A DNA stretch of 64,000 bases. It comes from Botryllus schlosseri. Its lineage: Eukaryota. The position numbers and the translations under genes were made by a program. Where the stretch lies: positions 3,162,001 through 3,226,000 of the forward strand of contig CM119386.1 of the NCBI GenBank assembly GCA_051294905.1, in the 5' to 3' direction. The notes under the pieces were generated by a model. That model made no database searches, had not been told where the DNA came from, and saw nothing but the letters and a program-made list of their open reading frames with translations. Positions 34,367-48,854 of the stretch are shown here, piece after piece (positions within the stretch are counted from its first letter, which is position 1; the number at the start of each line of letters is the position of its first letter).

Positions 34367-36880
34367 ACGCCGAATTATGAATTCTACTTGAGCAGACAAT
34401 CGATTTTAGATTCTCCATGCCCGTTCAAGATTTCTGTCCTTTACTTGTCCAAGTATGGGATATGATGTCCGCCTGATGGCACTATAGGCAGTCTGCGGCA
34501 ATCGCAAGCCATAGTGATGAACATCATTCAGATTCGGACATGGCTTTTGCACACTTTTGTGGCAGTCGGATCGGATAGAGATTCTATTTCAGATATTGAT
34601 TCGGATAGCTGTAATTTCTGTCACGGAAACATGTGTATAATGTATAGTTGTAACCGGAAGTCAGCTTTGATTACAGACCAGAAGAAAAAATCATGAGCTA
34701 CATAGCCTACCAAAACACAGACAGTAAACCTTGTGACAGCGACCGGTATCACACTCTTGTTGTTTTGTCAAGGGTCCTAGCAAATATAAATCAACTAATC
34801 CTGTAACCATAGCTTTTGTAAGCAGGCTATATGCCCTAACTGTGTCTGATTCCTCCGTACATTTAGGACTATCCGGGATTGTTATTCAATACGGATTTTT
34901 CGGATTCTTGGATGAATTCTTCATTCTTCTTCGGACTGATTGTTTCTCAGATAGTTAGGCTGTCGGACGGGTCCGTATTCTCAAAAATCATGATTGGTTC
35001 ATCACAGGCGCAAACCCGTGAAATAAACTGAATTTATGCAAACGTGCAGATGACATTATGAATCATGTAATCCATCCTGACATGTCAAACATGCCGACCG
35101 CAACGTTTTAATCCGGCCTGTGATGCAATGACGAGTAAATAAAAAAATTCCAGTATCATCCAGTACATTTACATCAAAATTCGAGATTCTTAATAATAAA
35201 TACTTCCACGCAAATAATTTCTCAAGACAGAGGAGGTCGAGCATGTTCATTGATAATATCAATCACATGTCACATTATAATCGTCCTGCGGTAATGTTGT
35301 GTCTTCACGCTAGTCGCCACTGTAGTAACAAGTCTGTGCTATCGTCACCAAATTCACAGTTTTCAAGGAAAGTGGACCGAAAGCTAGTTACTCACGTAGG
35401 TGAAAACGGCAAGGATAAACCTTTGTATGTAACTGGCATTGTTATTGCAAATTAATGTAGGCCTAACACTGCCCTTGGAATTCCTATTATTAGAGAATAG
35501 AATATAAGATTGAATTTCTATATAACTTCTGAATCAATCGGTTTCAGGCTCAGCCCTACAAAAATATTTATATATTAAAAATATCTTAGTCACACCTGTC
35601 GTTATCTTTAGTATCGTGAGTTCGTTCAAGGAGGCGGCGATTCCATATTCGTTTTTATCGTGACTCAAAATCCTTTCCGCGGAAACCCGAACGGTAATGA
35701 AGCAAACTCGAAGCGACCGTGTTTGAGGCGACATCTATTGTATTCCTCACAACGAATCACATCATTATTAAAACAAACATACCCTGGCCTATAGTATGCC
35801 AAATTATATCGTCACAAGCCGACGTTTTATTCGTTATAAACTGTGTTCAATCGACCAATTATTGTATGTTACCAGTTATTTGTCTCGAACCAACCGACTG
35901 TTGTAGCAGGGACGTAACATACCACTGTATTTCTCGCCACTTGCTAATCTAGTGAACACCAACCATCTCATTTAGCGATCGGGATCTGCACGTGAGAAGT
36001 TGTTATTTCAAATTGCAGTTTAACGCCTTTTGCCCAACGAAGTACTACGTGAAATCGTCTCTACTCCATTCAACATTGTGATAGTTAGAAATAATAATAT
36101 TAATGGTGTGATGGTTTAATGAGAGCGCGTCTCCCTACATCTGTTCCGTTGAATATTTAGTTCGTAATCATTGTCAAAATGGTTAGTTATGAATTAACTC
36201 AATGCATATTCTCTTCAACCATCGAATAGGATTCAGAGACGCCACAATCGTTCAGTTTTCTTCTCACGGGCGTTGTCCGTTTAGTGACATTCGTAGATTG
36301 ATTATGATCAACTATTCTATATACTCTCAACTATACCGAAAAAGATGATACACGCGTGGAATTCAAAATACCAATTATGCCATATTCGAAAATTATGGTA
36401 TGCTTTAGTGAGAATCGTGGTAGGCGTTTTCTAGTTACTAACTATCACACCCTTTTAAATGTTATTACTGGCGAAAGAGCACTCAATTGGCGACGGAATA
36501 GCTGAGATGAGAGACAAGGCGACGGCCGCAGCTAAATTAATGAAAGCTACTCTGAAGAATCGCAGTTCCTATTACGCCACTTGACCGGCACTGATCTTCA
36601 TGCATTTTCCCAAAAATAGCTTTATAATAACCTTTAATTCATATCTCAACCACGTCGTCACTCTACGCTTGAAGTAAAAGAATGCAATCACACCAGAAAA
36701 TAACGTACACATCAAAAATTGTACTTTGACGGAATAATAAAAAATATATAGATCAACAAAATTTGAAAATCACAGTATTCACCATATATATATACTCCTA
36801 CGGTGATCAAAAGAGGAGGTATAATTCAAGTCGACAACGCGTCTGTACACGTTCTCATTATATGTGTAATCAAGCCCGTT

Positions 36881-39800
36881 TCACATCGCCTCTCTCTTTT
36901 GTAATTCGTACCGGCGAAGCGCGTTTTTCAACGGGTTTACATAATAAATTCTTGCGTCCTTGATCAAATTCGCCAGCTCCGTATACATCGGCAGCATCAT
37001 TCCTTTGATAAAACCCTCTTGCGAATCGATAATATCAACCTGAAAATGAGAAGAGCTGCGTCAGAATTCGCTGTAGACGGTGGTAATGTCATTATAAGTC
37101 GACACTATGCCTGTGGTTGCGGAAGAAAGCTGCGCACGATACCCAAAACATCTCACTGTGTTAAAACGACTTGTTATAATTATTTCTCCTTCACGCTTAT
37201 CTGGAATTTATTCTCTATAAACTCCGTATCGAAAATGGTATCTTGTGCACGCCTGATCGGAACAGGCGATAAAAAGGCTTTCAATCGGAATAATAGCTCC
37301 CGACCTTTTAATTGAAAATATGGATGAAAATAACTCGAGGAGAACGGCCCGGGCAACTTTCAAGTACATCACCGAGGATATTCTAATGGAAATTTCCGAG
37401 CAAGGAATCGATAAATCGGCAACTTTGTTTTCGAATTGACAGCCCAACAATAACACATTTCAAAACAAACGGATGGCAATTTCGGTGTTTCAAAATCATG
37501 GAAGCTACTGTCAGGTGCACACCGGATCTAAATGATATGAATAAATTCGGAAATTGGCCAAATTGTAAAAATATGTTTGTGTCGGATATTACTTTAAAAG
37601 GCCGAATCTTAATGAAATTTTTGAATATTTCTTATCAATCACCTAGCACTTGATCAGATATTGCGATCTATTCGCCAGCGATTCGCGGAACAGGAACTAT
37701 AGAGAATCGCGACTCTAATTGTTTTCACTTTACAGAAATATTTTCATGAGAAATAAAATTAACATCAAACAAAGACATCGATGTTTTGAGATGCGGCGAC
37801 ATGATTTACGGAAGTAGTATTAATTTCGGTCTTTAGGCCATTTCCAGAGTTTTAAAAAGACTAATCTGCGCGAAATCGTGACTGCTCCGACAAAAGATGT
37901 CCTCAAAAATGTGTGGGTTTCTCCTTTCGCGGTGGGGCCTCTGCCGTGGTACACGTGCGCCGTTAATGTTTCCAGTTACTTTCACGTTCTTCGTTTGTAC
38001 TAGTGTCTAATGAATTACGAGGAAACTGATTTTCCATTTCTCTCCCGCGGCGCCAAGATCAAGCGTTGTAAATTATGCTGTAGCGATGGCGAGGTTTATT
38101 TACCTTTTCCGGGTCCATGTACGCGGTGACCGGTAGTCTTTCTCTTTTCTCGCGAGCGCTTTGCTCAAAATACTCAGAGAACAGCCTTTCGACCCAGGGA
38201 GTGGCGACATCCTCTGGTCGTACTTCGTTCGACACGTCCGCACACTTCACTATTATCTTCAACAGACTCATCACGTCGGCCCTGAAATTCATCGCACAGA
38301 TTAGTACAGATGCATGCATACAATGCAAAAGCATAAACATCATGTGAACTATAAAGTGTGCTTAACCCCAATAGGGACCCGAAAATATTGACTTAAGGTC
38401 GTTAATATCAGTGTTGCGCTTGCGAGAATAGTCCTGATTCCGATGTGATTTCATTTTTAAATTAGTAGTTTGCTAAGATATGTCTTTTGGATTCATACAT
38501 GGATATGGTTCCTTCATTTGCCATATCTTACCATCAGCAGATGACCAAGTCACTGTGTGTAAATGATTATGAATGAGTTAAGCATATATAAGAATATGTT
38601 ACGAGTATGTAACATTTGCATGATGGCAAATGTTTCGCTCAAATCATGGCTTGAAACAGCTAACAATTTTTTCTTATTACGACGAAACATATCAAACACG
38701 CCTTTGTGAATAAAAGTACATTAAATAAACGTTTTCATTCGGCCGAGCAGCTTGTATGCTTTCATCTGTCCTATTTTGTTTTCAAACTGAGACTTAATCA
38801 CGCTAAGAAACTTGTTTTCTGCGAAAGCATAATTTATCGTAATCGTAAACGAAAGCAATCACACTGGTACTTAGAACTTTGTGTGGTCATACAATAAGAT
38901 CAACAATTTTGTCTTTTTTCACAGTCGTCTAACCCAATTTCGTCGCAGTCGCATGCATTAATCACTGTCGCTAGAGATCATGTAGTTCGACCGCAAATGC
39001 TCCACTGCTCGTGGATTAGACCGTGTCTGTGCGTCATATCACAAAATATTTACGTCAATGCAATTGCTGAGATTTGTGTCACGGCAAAACACAGATTACA
39101 TAGCCAGACGGTAGTCATTACAAGATAGTGAAAATCTTGAAGTATGCCTATCAAGTCATCTGCGATGATTGATTGAGATAGTGTACGATAGCTTCCGATC
39201 AATCACAATCGAAATAAGTGTATATACTGTACCTGTTGCTGAAATTGAAATGCGGAATTCTTTTTGTAAAGTCATCCATTATGTCTTTGTGCAAAGCCAA
39301 ATCGGTCGCCAATATTAACGATCGTGCGTCGCTCAGAATTTCGTCTCTGTTCGCCACGTTTCGGAATATGTTTCTTTCTTTATTCGTCAATATTCGACAT
39401 GTCACCGCAAAATGATGCTGCTCTGTACAAATGTAACATTTTGTTAAGGGATTGATATTACACGCCGCAATGCGCTATGCGATTCCATACCTAATATACT
39501 TTTGTAGTCGTATAGAATCGCGAGGGGCGACTGAGCGTGGGAATGGTAGCCGTTGCTGAGTCCCGGGTGGTCGACGTCGTGGCATACGGCGGCCGTTAGT
39601 AGAATGCCGAGGTCGTCAACGCTGAGTAGGTTTCGCAAATTCAATTTCGATACCATACTGTACACCATCTGAAAAAGCATGGATATTTCTCAACACCGCA
39701 CACGCGCTTAACCTTAACCGGAAACACAATTCCTTAAAAATGAAGGTTCGCGGCGTTCTGTTGACCATAGGCTAAAAGAATTCCCTGAATGTGACAAATC

Positions 39801-41386
39801 AAATCAATATTGGTATCATTAGCTGACGCGGGTCGTGGGGCTTAGCGGCGTAACCTATAATCATTGACATTCGCGCCTGATGAAGAACTGAAAATGGTAC
39901 CATCTAAGTTCAAAATTGAGCGATAAGAGAGTGGTAATTTGTGCCTATTTTGGTCACATTCCTGATTGTTCGTGAGATAATGACGTCACAAATCTGTGGT
40001 TTGACGTTTCACAATCCGCCAGTTATTGTGTAGATAGCGTTAGGCAAGTTATTTCTTTTACCAATTCCGACAACTCCACATGCTGCAGTCAAGAGAAATA
40101 AACAATACAGGACGGGGGCATGAAAAGATGTCCGTTCCACCGGCACAGATAACCGCTATTAGTTGGTATTAACGTGACCACAGGAGAAGGCAAAGGAAGT
40201 TATGTTTGGATACGGCTGATAAGCTCGATATAGAAGGAATGATAAACCAAAAACGTGATGACGCTTTCAAGTGAAGACAGAACAGAAGCCGATATTGGTA
40301 GCCGCGAGTTCGCGTAGGAAAATATAAATGCTAGAAGAATTTTACCTGGGTTACGCAAAACGAATGCTTGAAGTTGTGATACGGATTATCTTGATAGCGT
40401 TCTCTCACTCCGAGTAAAAACATGCGAAGAGTAAGCCGTGGTATTTTCCAGGCCTGGGTCACTCCGAAGTCATTGTACATATACCTATGCAAAAGCAATT
40501 CAATATATAATATACAGATCACAGAATTTCTATAATTAAAATAAGTGACCATGAATTTGTGGAATGCAGATATAATGTAGTTCGTATTATGTCATGAAGA
40601 AGTGATCTGTGAAACATGACATTTGTAAAACATTGGTACTTACTGTATATGGTCAACCATTCCATCTCGTCCCAGTCTCCAAACATCGAAATCCGGGTCA
40701 GCTAATCGGTCCACGGTATCCAAAGGCCACGCAACATCATCCATCATGTCGACAACGTCTTCGTCGCAAGAGTCGCTATCCCGACACTGTTCGTCTGTAT
40801 GGATGTTGTCTATTTCTCTCTGTCTTTTCTCCCTCCTGCGCTCAGACGCGTTGGCCGGCCCCTTTGTAGAATCGTTTTGCGAGTGATGGAAATCGTCGAC
40901 CATCGCTTCGTTTCTCTCAGATTCAAACTGCTGTGCGTCCTCGTCTGGGATGTCTTCGGCTGATTTCTCGCTGCCTTGATACGAATTCTCGTCGTCTTCG
41001 ACTTGGCCGGTTCTAAAAGAGAACAACATTGATCAACACTACAGCAAGTATTTCATGTTAGGGCGACATTAAAAACCATTCGTTTGGATCACCGGAGGCC
41101 AAGCGACATCGACACGTCCGCATTTAATATCCGTTAGATACCGCACGATATAATGCGAAAATGTTTGGCGGGAGTAACACGTCAACAAAGGCCTGCATGT
41201 TATTTACGAAATTCTGTTATCAGCCATCGAGTTCTGCTTTTTTGGGCAATGGGCATATTCTCCGTCACGATCTAATCGCCAAATAGAAGAGATTAGGTTA
41301 TAATCTGTCATCTGACGAGTATTAATCGTGCTGGCATTCAGCATGTCCAAGCGTGGAACTAAATTGACCCGTTGCTCTGACTTCAT
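36881..41386 (-). CDS. PDE9A: cGMP phosphodiesterase, PDE9-like (catalytic-domain exons)
   Basis: Exons 41012-40644, 40484-40346, 39668-39491, 39422-39233, 38281-38104, 37039-36881 (phases 2,0,1,2,0), plus a likely exon ending 41208. Motifs [43 protein letters not shown]. Symbol denotes family, not proven orthology. Confidence 0.88.
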
Positions 41387-43065
41387 CCGTAAGGGCCACG
41401 CGGTTTTACCAAAATGCTAAATAGCCACACTTCCAGTACAGACATATTAAGTAAATAAACCGCGCGAAATGATGACACCCCGATGCCACGCACGAAATAG
41501 TCATATCAAGTGAAGTTGTAAAAGGGTTAACAACCCAATCGGCGTATCATATGTTTACGATATATTGTATTACCACAGATAATATCAGAGCGCGCCCATC
41601 TCAATACGGTTATCTTAAAAAATATCATGATACCATGAAATCAACTGGTAATGTTAGCGGTAGATCATTGCACCCCACCTACAAACAGTACATCCCGACG
41701 AGCATTATAGTTGTTGTTTTAGTGTTCATCGTGCTTCGGCATCTGTGGTAATTTTACACAATGCCGATAATCTTCATTGCGATTCCTGATGTGCCTTCTA
41801 TCATTTTAGACTCACTATCGTTTTAGAGTTAGACCTTTGTAAGACAATGCCTATGCGAATCGGTTGGCGATTAAGAACATAGATAAATCTTTAACACTTA
41901 AGAAGTGATTCCGAAATCAACCTCTACCGGACACTACCTAGCAACCCATTGATTTTGCAGCGGTGGAACTTACCTCTAAGCTTCTCGCCACCTACCAGTA
42001 TTATTTCGCAAACGATATATACCCGTGGACAACGGAGAGCATAATGATGACCGAATTGAATATCCAAAAGGTTTTGTTAACTTTTAATGCATGACAAGGT
42101 AGTATATGTTACAACTGTACCAACTGTATTCATTGACACAGAACAAAATCTTTTGAAACAACGAGCATGATAGAAAATAGGGATATGTGTTGTAACCTAT
42201 TCGTACAAAGTTTAATCGAGATAAAATCCATGTTATTGCGGTCTGCGTGATGGCGCATATTAATTCTCTGGAGTTCACGTGACGTTTTCCTTGTAGCTAA
42301 CGTGACGTTTTCCTTGTAGCTAATTGCTAATAGCAATATTGCTAATTAATTACATTACAAAATTACAACACTTCCTCCGATTAAAGCCATCGAGCACTTT
42401 ATACTTACGACTTAATAACAATTTGATTCCACTGTTTATCTTCTTCGTAGCGCAATGCGTTCACCGCTAAGCATAACATGTTGATCGGTAAGATTTTAGT
42501 CCTTGCTGCGTCGCGTCCGCTAACCTCCAGTATTTAGCCGTCGTGAGTGAAGACAAAACGTGTCTGCTGTCCGATCGCGCTCCGCTCGGCTATTTTATCG
42601 AGTCGCGCTCGCCCGGGGATGCGCGCTTCCTTCTAGATTTCGCGAAAGATCGCTATCTGAAGACTTCTTCGTTTTTAAGAATTGTTTCCTAAATACGTCC
42701 CGGGATTCTGTTATGCTTAACAATACATGTGACCGCAACGTCGCCGACCTCACGTAACCAACGTTGCTCATCGTGATTGGCTTTACCGATATGATGGATA
42801 TCTCTGTCGGGGGATTGTTGATGCGGGTTATAGTTGCGCCATAATTCTCGCGCATATATGCCAACGGCTTGACCTTGAACTAACGGTGACTGCTCTTTGG
42901 GTTCCGCACGCACTATCGAGGTTGATTGATTCAAAAAAGACTTGCGCTACATGATTACCCCTCGTCGTCGGCATATACCTCGCCCAGACATCGCTACTAT
43001 ATCCTTGCATGTTTTTTTCTTTCTATTTTGGTTACTGTCATATCATGAAGAGACATTGCATACTT

Positions 43066-43242
43066 ATTTGATGCGGGTGTGATCAGACTAGTTAACATCC
43101 GAGGTCGATCATTCCTATTGTCCAATAACGAATACTGCGCATTATGCAAGCACATTTTTCTGTGATGTCGTGGTTGTTGTTGTTGTTGTCTGCTTGCTCT
43201 GTATTTTGGTTGGATGGAAATAAAGACACTCTCTCTCTCTCT
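43066..43242 (+). mobile_element. (CT)n-tailed retroposon, family B
   Basis: GGTGTGATCAGACTAG at 43076-43091, AATAAA, (CT)n tail. Confidence 0.8.
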
Positions 43243-44172
43243 ACACTTTCAACGGAGAATACTACAAAAAGGCCCATTGCTAGAAGGGCGGTTGCTGAAA
43301 TTAAACATGCCCCTAAGCACGGCAAAACAGCCACTCTATCGCACGTCAAACGCGCGCGGGCTATCGGGCATCTCATCGCCGAATTTGGGTCATCCGAAAA
43401 TATAGGAAAGGGTTGTTGAATCTGATTGCATTTGACTCAGGAGTCAAGATGTCATGCCTCGCCGAAAGTGACGACTGGATAGGATTGCTTGCGCGATGAA
43501 TATGAAATCATATTCTGAGCGAAATGGGTATCTTCGCGGGCATCAGTGAAATTGATTTGTACGAAAACATGAGTTCGAGAACAACTTTTATTGTTTTCGC
43601 GTCTGGTCATTCGCAACTACTGGATGAGTCGTATCAACGTAACCAAAGCACGTGAACGACGTTAAACGTGTATTTGTAGGGAATAAGCCTCTATTCTGTA
43701 TGCTGTTGGGTCATTTATGCTCCCAACAGCAAAGTACGAAACTTAAGGCGAAAGATACTAATGCTCGATATACACTATACAGCTATCGGGCCAAAGCGAT
43801 TAAGTTTCAGCGTTCTTGGAATAACCTATACATGATTACATGTCCAAACGTGCGAAAATGCGTATATCATGCACATTTAAGCTAAGACATTTCTCATATC
43901 ACCGATCGGACGGTAATCCAAACCATCGGATCAAGATCCGTCACCACGGGTGAAGTCAGTCTGAGATAACGAAGATTATTTCCAAGATAAATGTGCAAGT
44001 GTATATGTTGACGCGTTCGCTCTCTAACCCAAACAATTGAGAAACCGATTTTGAAAACATCTTCAAGACGAATTGATTTGGACGCGGTGTTAGCCTACAC
44101 GCCGACATCTGCAAGCGCGCGTTGTCAGCTAAGCGCGTGAGCTTATCTGCTCATAAATCTGATATAGATTAC

Positions 44173-44247
44173 TGATAACGATTGGTGTGTCTTGTTCGGC
44201 ATCGTCCATCGCCCGTAGCGCACACCGCACCGTGAAAGCGACGTTGT
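44173..44247 (-). CDS. Tentative upstream PDE9-like exon (DNVAFTVRCALRAMDDAEQDTPIVI)
   Basis: Acceptor TTGCAG, donor A|GTAATC, phase fits 45872-45960; link to the core exons not established. Confidence 0.35.
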
Positions 44248-45871
44248 CTGCAAGTTATGCAAATCTAATTACAGTATGGATAGCCTATCCAATTACCGGT
44301 TGATCAGCTCAGCATAAAACATATGCAGCGGTTAAAAATCGAGATAACGAGATTTTCAGCATAATCTGATAATGAAAGATAAGGAGAAATTCACAAGTCA
44401 TTGGAATTTGGATAAGTTTAGAGGTGTGGTGAGCAACGCGTCTTCATGGAGATCTTAAAAACATGGGGCGAATTGTGGGACCAATGTGTCACAATTAAAA
44501 GCGCAGGATACATGGCTTGAATCGGCGGAATATTTTTCTTATCAAAATATAATATGGTACAAATATAGAATATTTTCTTCGTAACGAATTAAATATAGCA
44601 TATATATATAGCTTGTATCATTGGGCCACCAAAAGTGCCTTACACAAAACTAACTGAATAGTATATTCAATTCATTTTGAAATGAACCCGAATATTTTCG
44701 GCTGACACTCGTCAGGGGTAATCGTCAGCAACTAGCAGTGAATTGAAAAGAACAATGTATATCATTTTATGTACATTGGACGCTCTCTGATTCGCAATTT
44801 CATGCTGGTGACGTCATATTTTGTGATACGATTGTTGATATACAATGTTCTTTTCATTTGTGTAGTGAAGTTCTGTACCTCTTGAAGCTATACAAAACTA
44901 ACGGTAGCGAATACATATTGTTACGTACGTATAGCTTGGTACTATGTGACTTGACGAATTGTGTCACGTATTAAAGATATATTACATATATATATATACT
45001 GTTTGGTAGAAATTCCAGATTCTTTTGCGTCGCTACAACCTGGCGATGACTGGGTCAAACGATACCCTAGCTATCTCAATACCGAGGATTTAAATCTACT
45101 TCAGGATCTGACAGTTGTACATGAATAGTGAATCATAAATCGGTCAACTATTGGACTACTGTTCTCATTATAATATGAATATACTATACAATTGTATATT
45201 GAAGTTCTGTACTTCCTAGAAGCTGTTTCCATTATATTCAATGTGTATTCACTCTTCTTACGTGCACGAGTGCGATAACTCCTCAGGGAAATATTAATTA
45301 ATCCAAAACTATGGATTCATCTTCAAATTGTCAGTTTCAAGCAAACAATGATTCCCCGCGTCTTTGATTAAGTGATCGGCGTTCTTAGTCATAGTGTAGC
45401 TTCAAGCGATATCAATCCCTATTTCTTTATTGCTTAGCGAAGAAGTAAACCAATTTAATGATGCGTCTCTTAAATAAACGATGCATGTCTGTCGTCTACC
45501 CACAACTTCTTCTCAATTCAGTAGATTGAGATCATGTTGAAACATACAAAAATATACCTGTAGCATTTTAATTTAGGATATAACACCACCAGAGTTATCG
45601 CAGCCTGCTCCAGTGCAGCATGATAGAGAACTAATATAAACAAAAACTTTGATGATAGTATACAAGCATATAAATGGTATAGGTAACCATTGATTTACAA
45701 TTAGCGTGCGTATATTGCGTTACCCATCAACCATCTCTTATTTTGCAATCGGTGGGTTTAAAAGGGCATGGAAAACTCACCAGGGCGATAATGTGAGTTT
45801 TGAATGAAAGCATGATATTGAAATCTTCATTTCTATATTCCCACTTAGCGTACAGCCGCACACCGCCTTAC

Positions 45872-45960
45872 CTGGCCTTTTGTCTGGCGTTGAGCACGGC
45901 ACGAAAGAATTATCGTCTTGGAAGAATAACTCACTTTGACAGTCCACGTCCAGACCATCT
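45872..45960 (-). CDS. Tentative upstream PDE9-like exon (DGLDVDCQSELFFQDDNSF...)
   Basis: Acceptor TAATAG, strong donor CAG|GTAAGG, phase 2 fits 54125-54207. Confidence 0.5.
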
Positions 45961-46757
45961 CTATTAACTGTTTTGCGATGACTTTATAATCGGGCAATAT
46001 GATCTATCCAGAAAAATCCGTCTACAATCAAATTTCAATGTCCCGTCACACTTTAGATTGATTGATGGTTTGTTATAGCATCTTTTTCGTCTTGAGGCTT
46101 ATCAACTTTGAATCGAATATTACCGAATCGAAAAAGAAATCAACGTTAGATAGTGAAAGCTATCAATCTATGTGTAACATGCGATAATAATCAATGCTTG
46201 GGCAGTAATCAAATGGTACAAAGCGAACGTTTGATCAAACGGCGGGATTCGGCGTATTTAGCACAATCAAATGATCTGTAACAACCGCAAAATTAGTTTC
46301 GCAATATTTTCAGGGTCCGGTCGTGTTGCACACAAGCGAGTCATGCAGTGACACACACAATTGCACGGACGTAGCCAGATTGGAACGCGTACACAACAGT
46401 CGACAATGAAGCAACAAAACGTATATTTTTGAATATTATTAACAAATAACGTGACGATGTCCGAAATCCAACGTCTTGGGGGTGAGAATATTTTTATCGT
46501 CGTTGTTGCATACACACTATACACAGGCATACGTGAACGATATTGGATATTATATCCTGAATGTGTGGATTGAACGATGTAGTGTAGATGATAATCATTT
46601 CCCTGTGCTTCCCTTCGTCCGATTATATGGAACCGAACTTGCTGTGAACTTCTACTAAAGTGTCGTTAGCAGGTATACTCGCCAATCGGTAGATTGCACC
46701 ATGTAACAAAATTTTGCAAAAATCTTAGTTGGCTAAAAAATTTCATGTATTGTGTTG

Positions 46758-48198
46758 CAGGGGTTCTCAACTTCCGTTGTATAACGGGCCGCATTTCAAC
46801 AGCAAATGACGCTGCGGGCCGCAGAACATTATTACCTTGTATTTTTGGGCTGCTACCAATCGTATACGGACATTTAGGACATTTTTATGAAGTGTAAAGC
46901 ATTGATGGGCGGAGTTCGTAAGTTTGCAGTTGCTGTATTTTTGTGAGAATAAGTATCTTCCAGCGGCGCAAGTAACTCCCTTCATGGAGCGTGCATTGCA
47001 TTCGTTACCAAGTCGTTAAATGCACCTTTAAACTCTTCCACCATAGAACCGAACTTTTTGTTTCAATGCGTGAGCGAGCAAGCATTAAATTACTTTCACT
47101 TTTTCGGTACTGAGGCAATTATCACTTCAAGCTCGCAAATATATGAGAAGAAGTCTGGCGTTCGGGGTCATTTTTAAGCAAACCAACAACCCTTCTCCTT
47201 TCATTCCATAGTTAAAAAAGTCAGCTTTATCAAGTTGATGTTTTTCGCTGGTCCCTCCCCACTTTTGCCCCGCCAGCATTTCGTCTGCAAATATGCCCAC
47301 TCTGATAAATGTACCCAGATAATTAGCTCTGCAATGTATGTGGAGCCAGTGGATTAGTCCAATGCGAGGCTAGAGTAGTCTTCGCGGCAACGTGTTTCAG
47401 AACATGCGGTAAAAGATCGACTGACATTGCTGTTACTCATCTGGTCACGGTTGAATCAGACAACTGTAGCGTCGAAATTTGTCAGGTGATGTTGTCCTTG
47501 GTGCTAAGCGCCGGAAACAGCGAATATTCCCACAGTATGTTAAAGTTTAATTGAAATACATCTTCTCTAGCAGATTTATTTGGTTTAGCGATATTCCAAT
47601 CAATTTTGAACGATGCGTCTGTAACTTCGTCGGCAATTTTAACGATGTCTCGAAATTTGAATTGCTTGGTTTGACACCTAGGTAGCAGCGTTTTTTCTAA
47701 GATCAGGTGATATGTATAACTCCAGAAGAAACTGTCGTGGTACCATTGTAAGCTTCAACCCTTCTTTACTACAAGTGTTCTTCAACAAATATGACACATT
47801 GGTTTTCCGTTTATATCCGAGAAAGCAAATTCATTGTTGCGCGCAGAGTTACAAACCCAGTTTTCGACGTTTAATGTCCCGTTCCTTGTTCTTGTTTCTG
47901 TTCAAATCATTCGGGGTGAGTGGAACACTCTTTAAAAGTGTACTACGAAGCGGGGTCCCCTTGAACCAGAGTCCAGCCGAATACCGATTCAAAACAATAA
48001 CAATCTAAGCTCGAGCGTATATCAAGAATCCAGAACACATCAAAGAATGAGTAATCAAATGAAACAGAGACGGTGCGATAGAGAGCCAAGTAGCTAAATT
48101 GATATGTAACAATACCGTGCCATTAATAATAGGTTCACGATGACAGATGTCGCGGGCCGCAAAATGAACGTCTGCGGGCCGCGGGTTGAGCACCTCTG
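46758..48198 (-). mobile_element. Fossil hAT-Charlie/Buster element with transposase N-terminal remnant
   Basis: Ends CAGGGGTTCTCAAC / GTTGAGCACCTCTG, GCGGGCCGC subterminal motifs. Minus strand reads NEFAFSDINGKPMCHIC (BED finger), DASFKIDWNIAK and QLSDSTVTR, with stops. Confidence 0.85.
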
Positions 48199-48854
48199 TG
48201 TTATAGTATTCCAATCCAATTACAAAAATACCAAAATTTTTCCTGAAGTGTTCCGAATTTTGAAGAAATGTCAATTTCTCTAATTTTTCATTTTACTCAT
48301 AATTACAATTTGTCGGTGTTTTAATCTTGTCGATAAATCACTCCCTGCGGAAAACGTGGCATGCCTATCGAACAATTTCAGACAAGTAGGCACATAAATC
48401 TATATGTGTGTACGCAGGCAGGTCTTCGGTTCATTTGCCAGATGCCAGCAATACTCCGTGAGGTTGGATTTGGACTCGAATGTATATAAAAAGAGATTTG
48501 AATATATAAACCGAAGTTGCACGATACCGGCGAGACCTGGCTGGAATTTCGATTCGGACTCATAATTTAGAATGGTCGTAAATGCTATATGACTTGGCTT
48601 TGGTCGTGAAACTGATTGATGAATGAATTCCAGATCATGGATCGGGATTTCAATTCGGGATGGTGCTTTCAGAATGCTATTCGCTCATCTGGGTAGCATA
48701 CAGAGCAATAAAATGTGGTTCACGTTGATGAGTTCATGGTGTATAGTTACAATCTTGACGAAGACGACATTTTAAACGGTTGAAATTATTCTCTTCTGCA
48801 ATAGTTTTGTGACATTCATCACGTTACAACAATTCCACATCTCAGAATGTCAAA

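Noticed and set aside
38059-38103. PDE ending at [15 protein letters not shown]
   Set aside because: Intron read-through; the donor at 38104 joins the exon with the conserved QxGF helix (37039-36881).
42595-43010. CpG-rich overlapping minus-strand ORFs as PDE exons
   Set aside because: No splice path or motif ties them to the model; they may be an alternative 5' region but this is unsupported.
45019-45112. Plus-strand exon-like frame DSFASLQPGDDWVKRYPSYL
   Set aside because: No good donor and no partner exons found.
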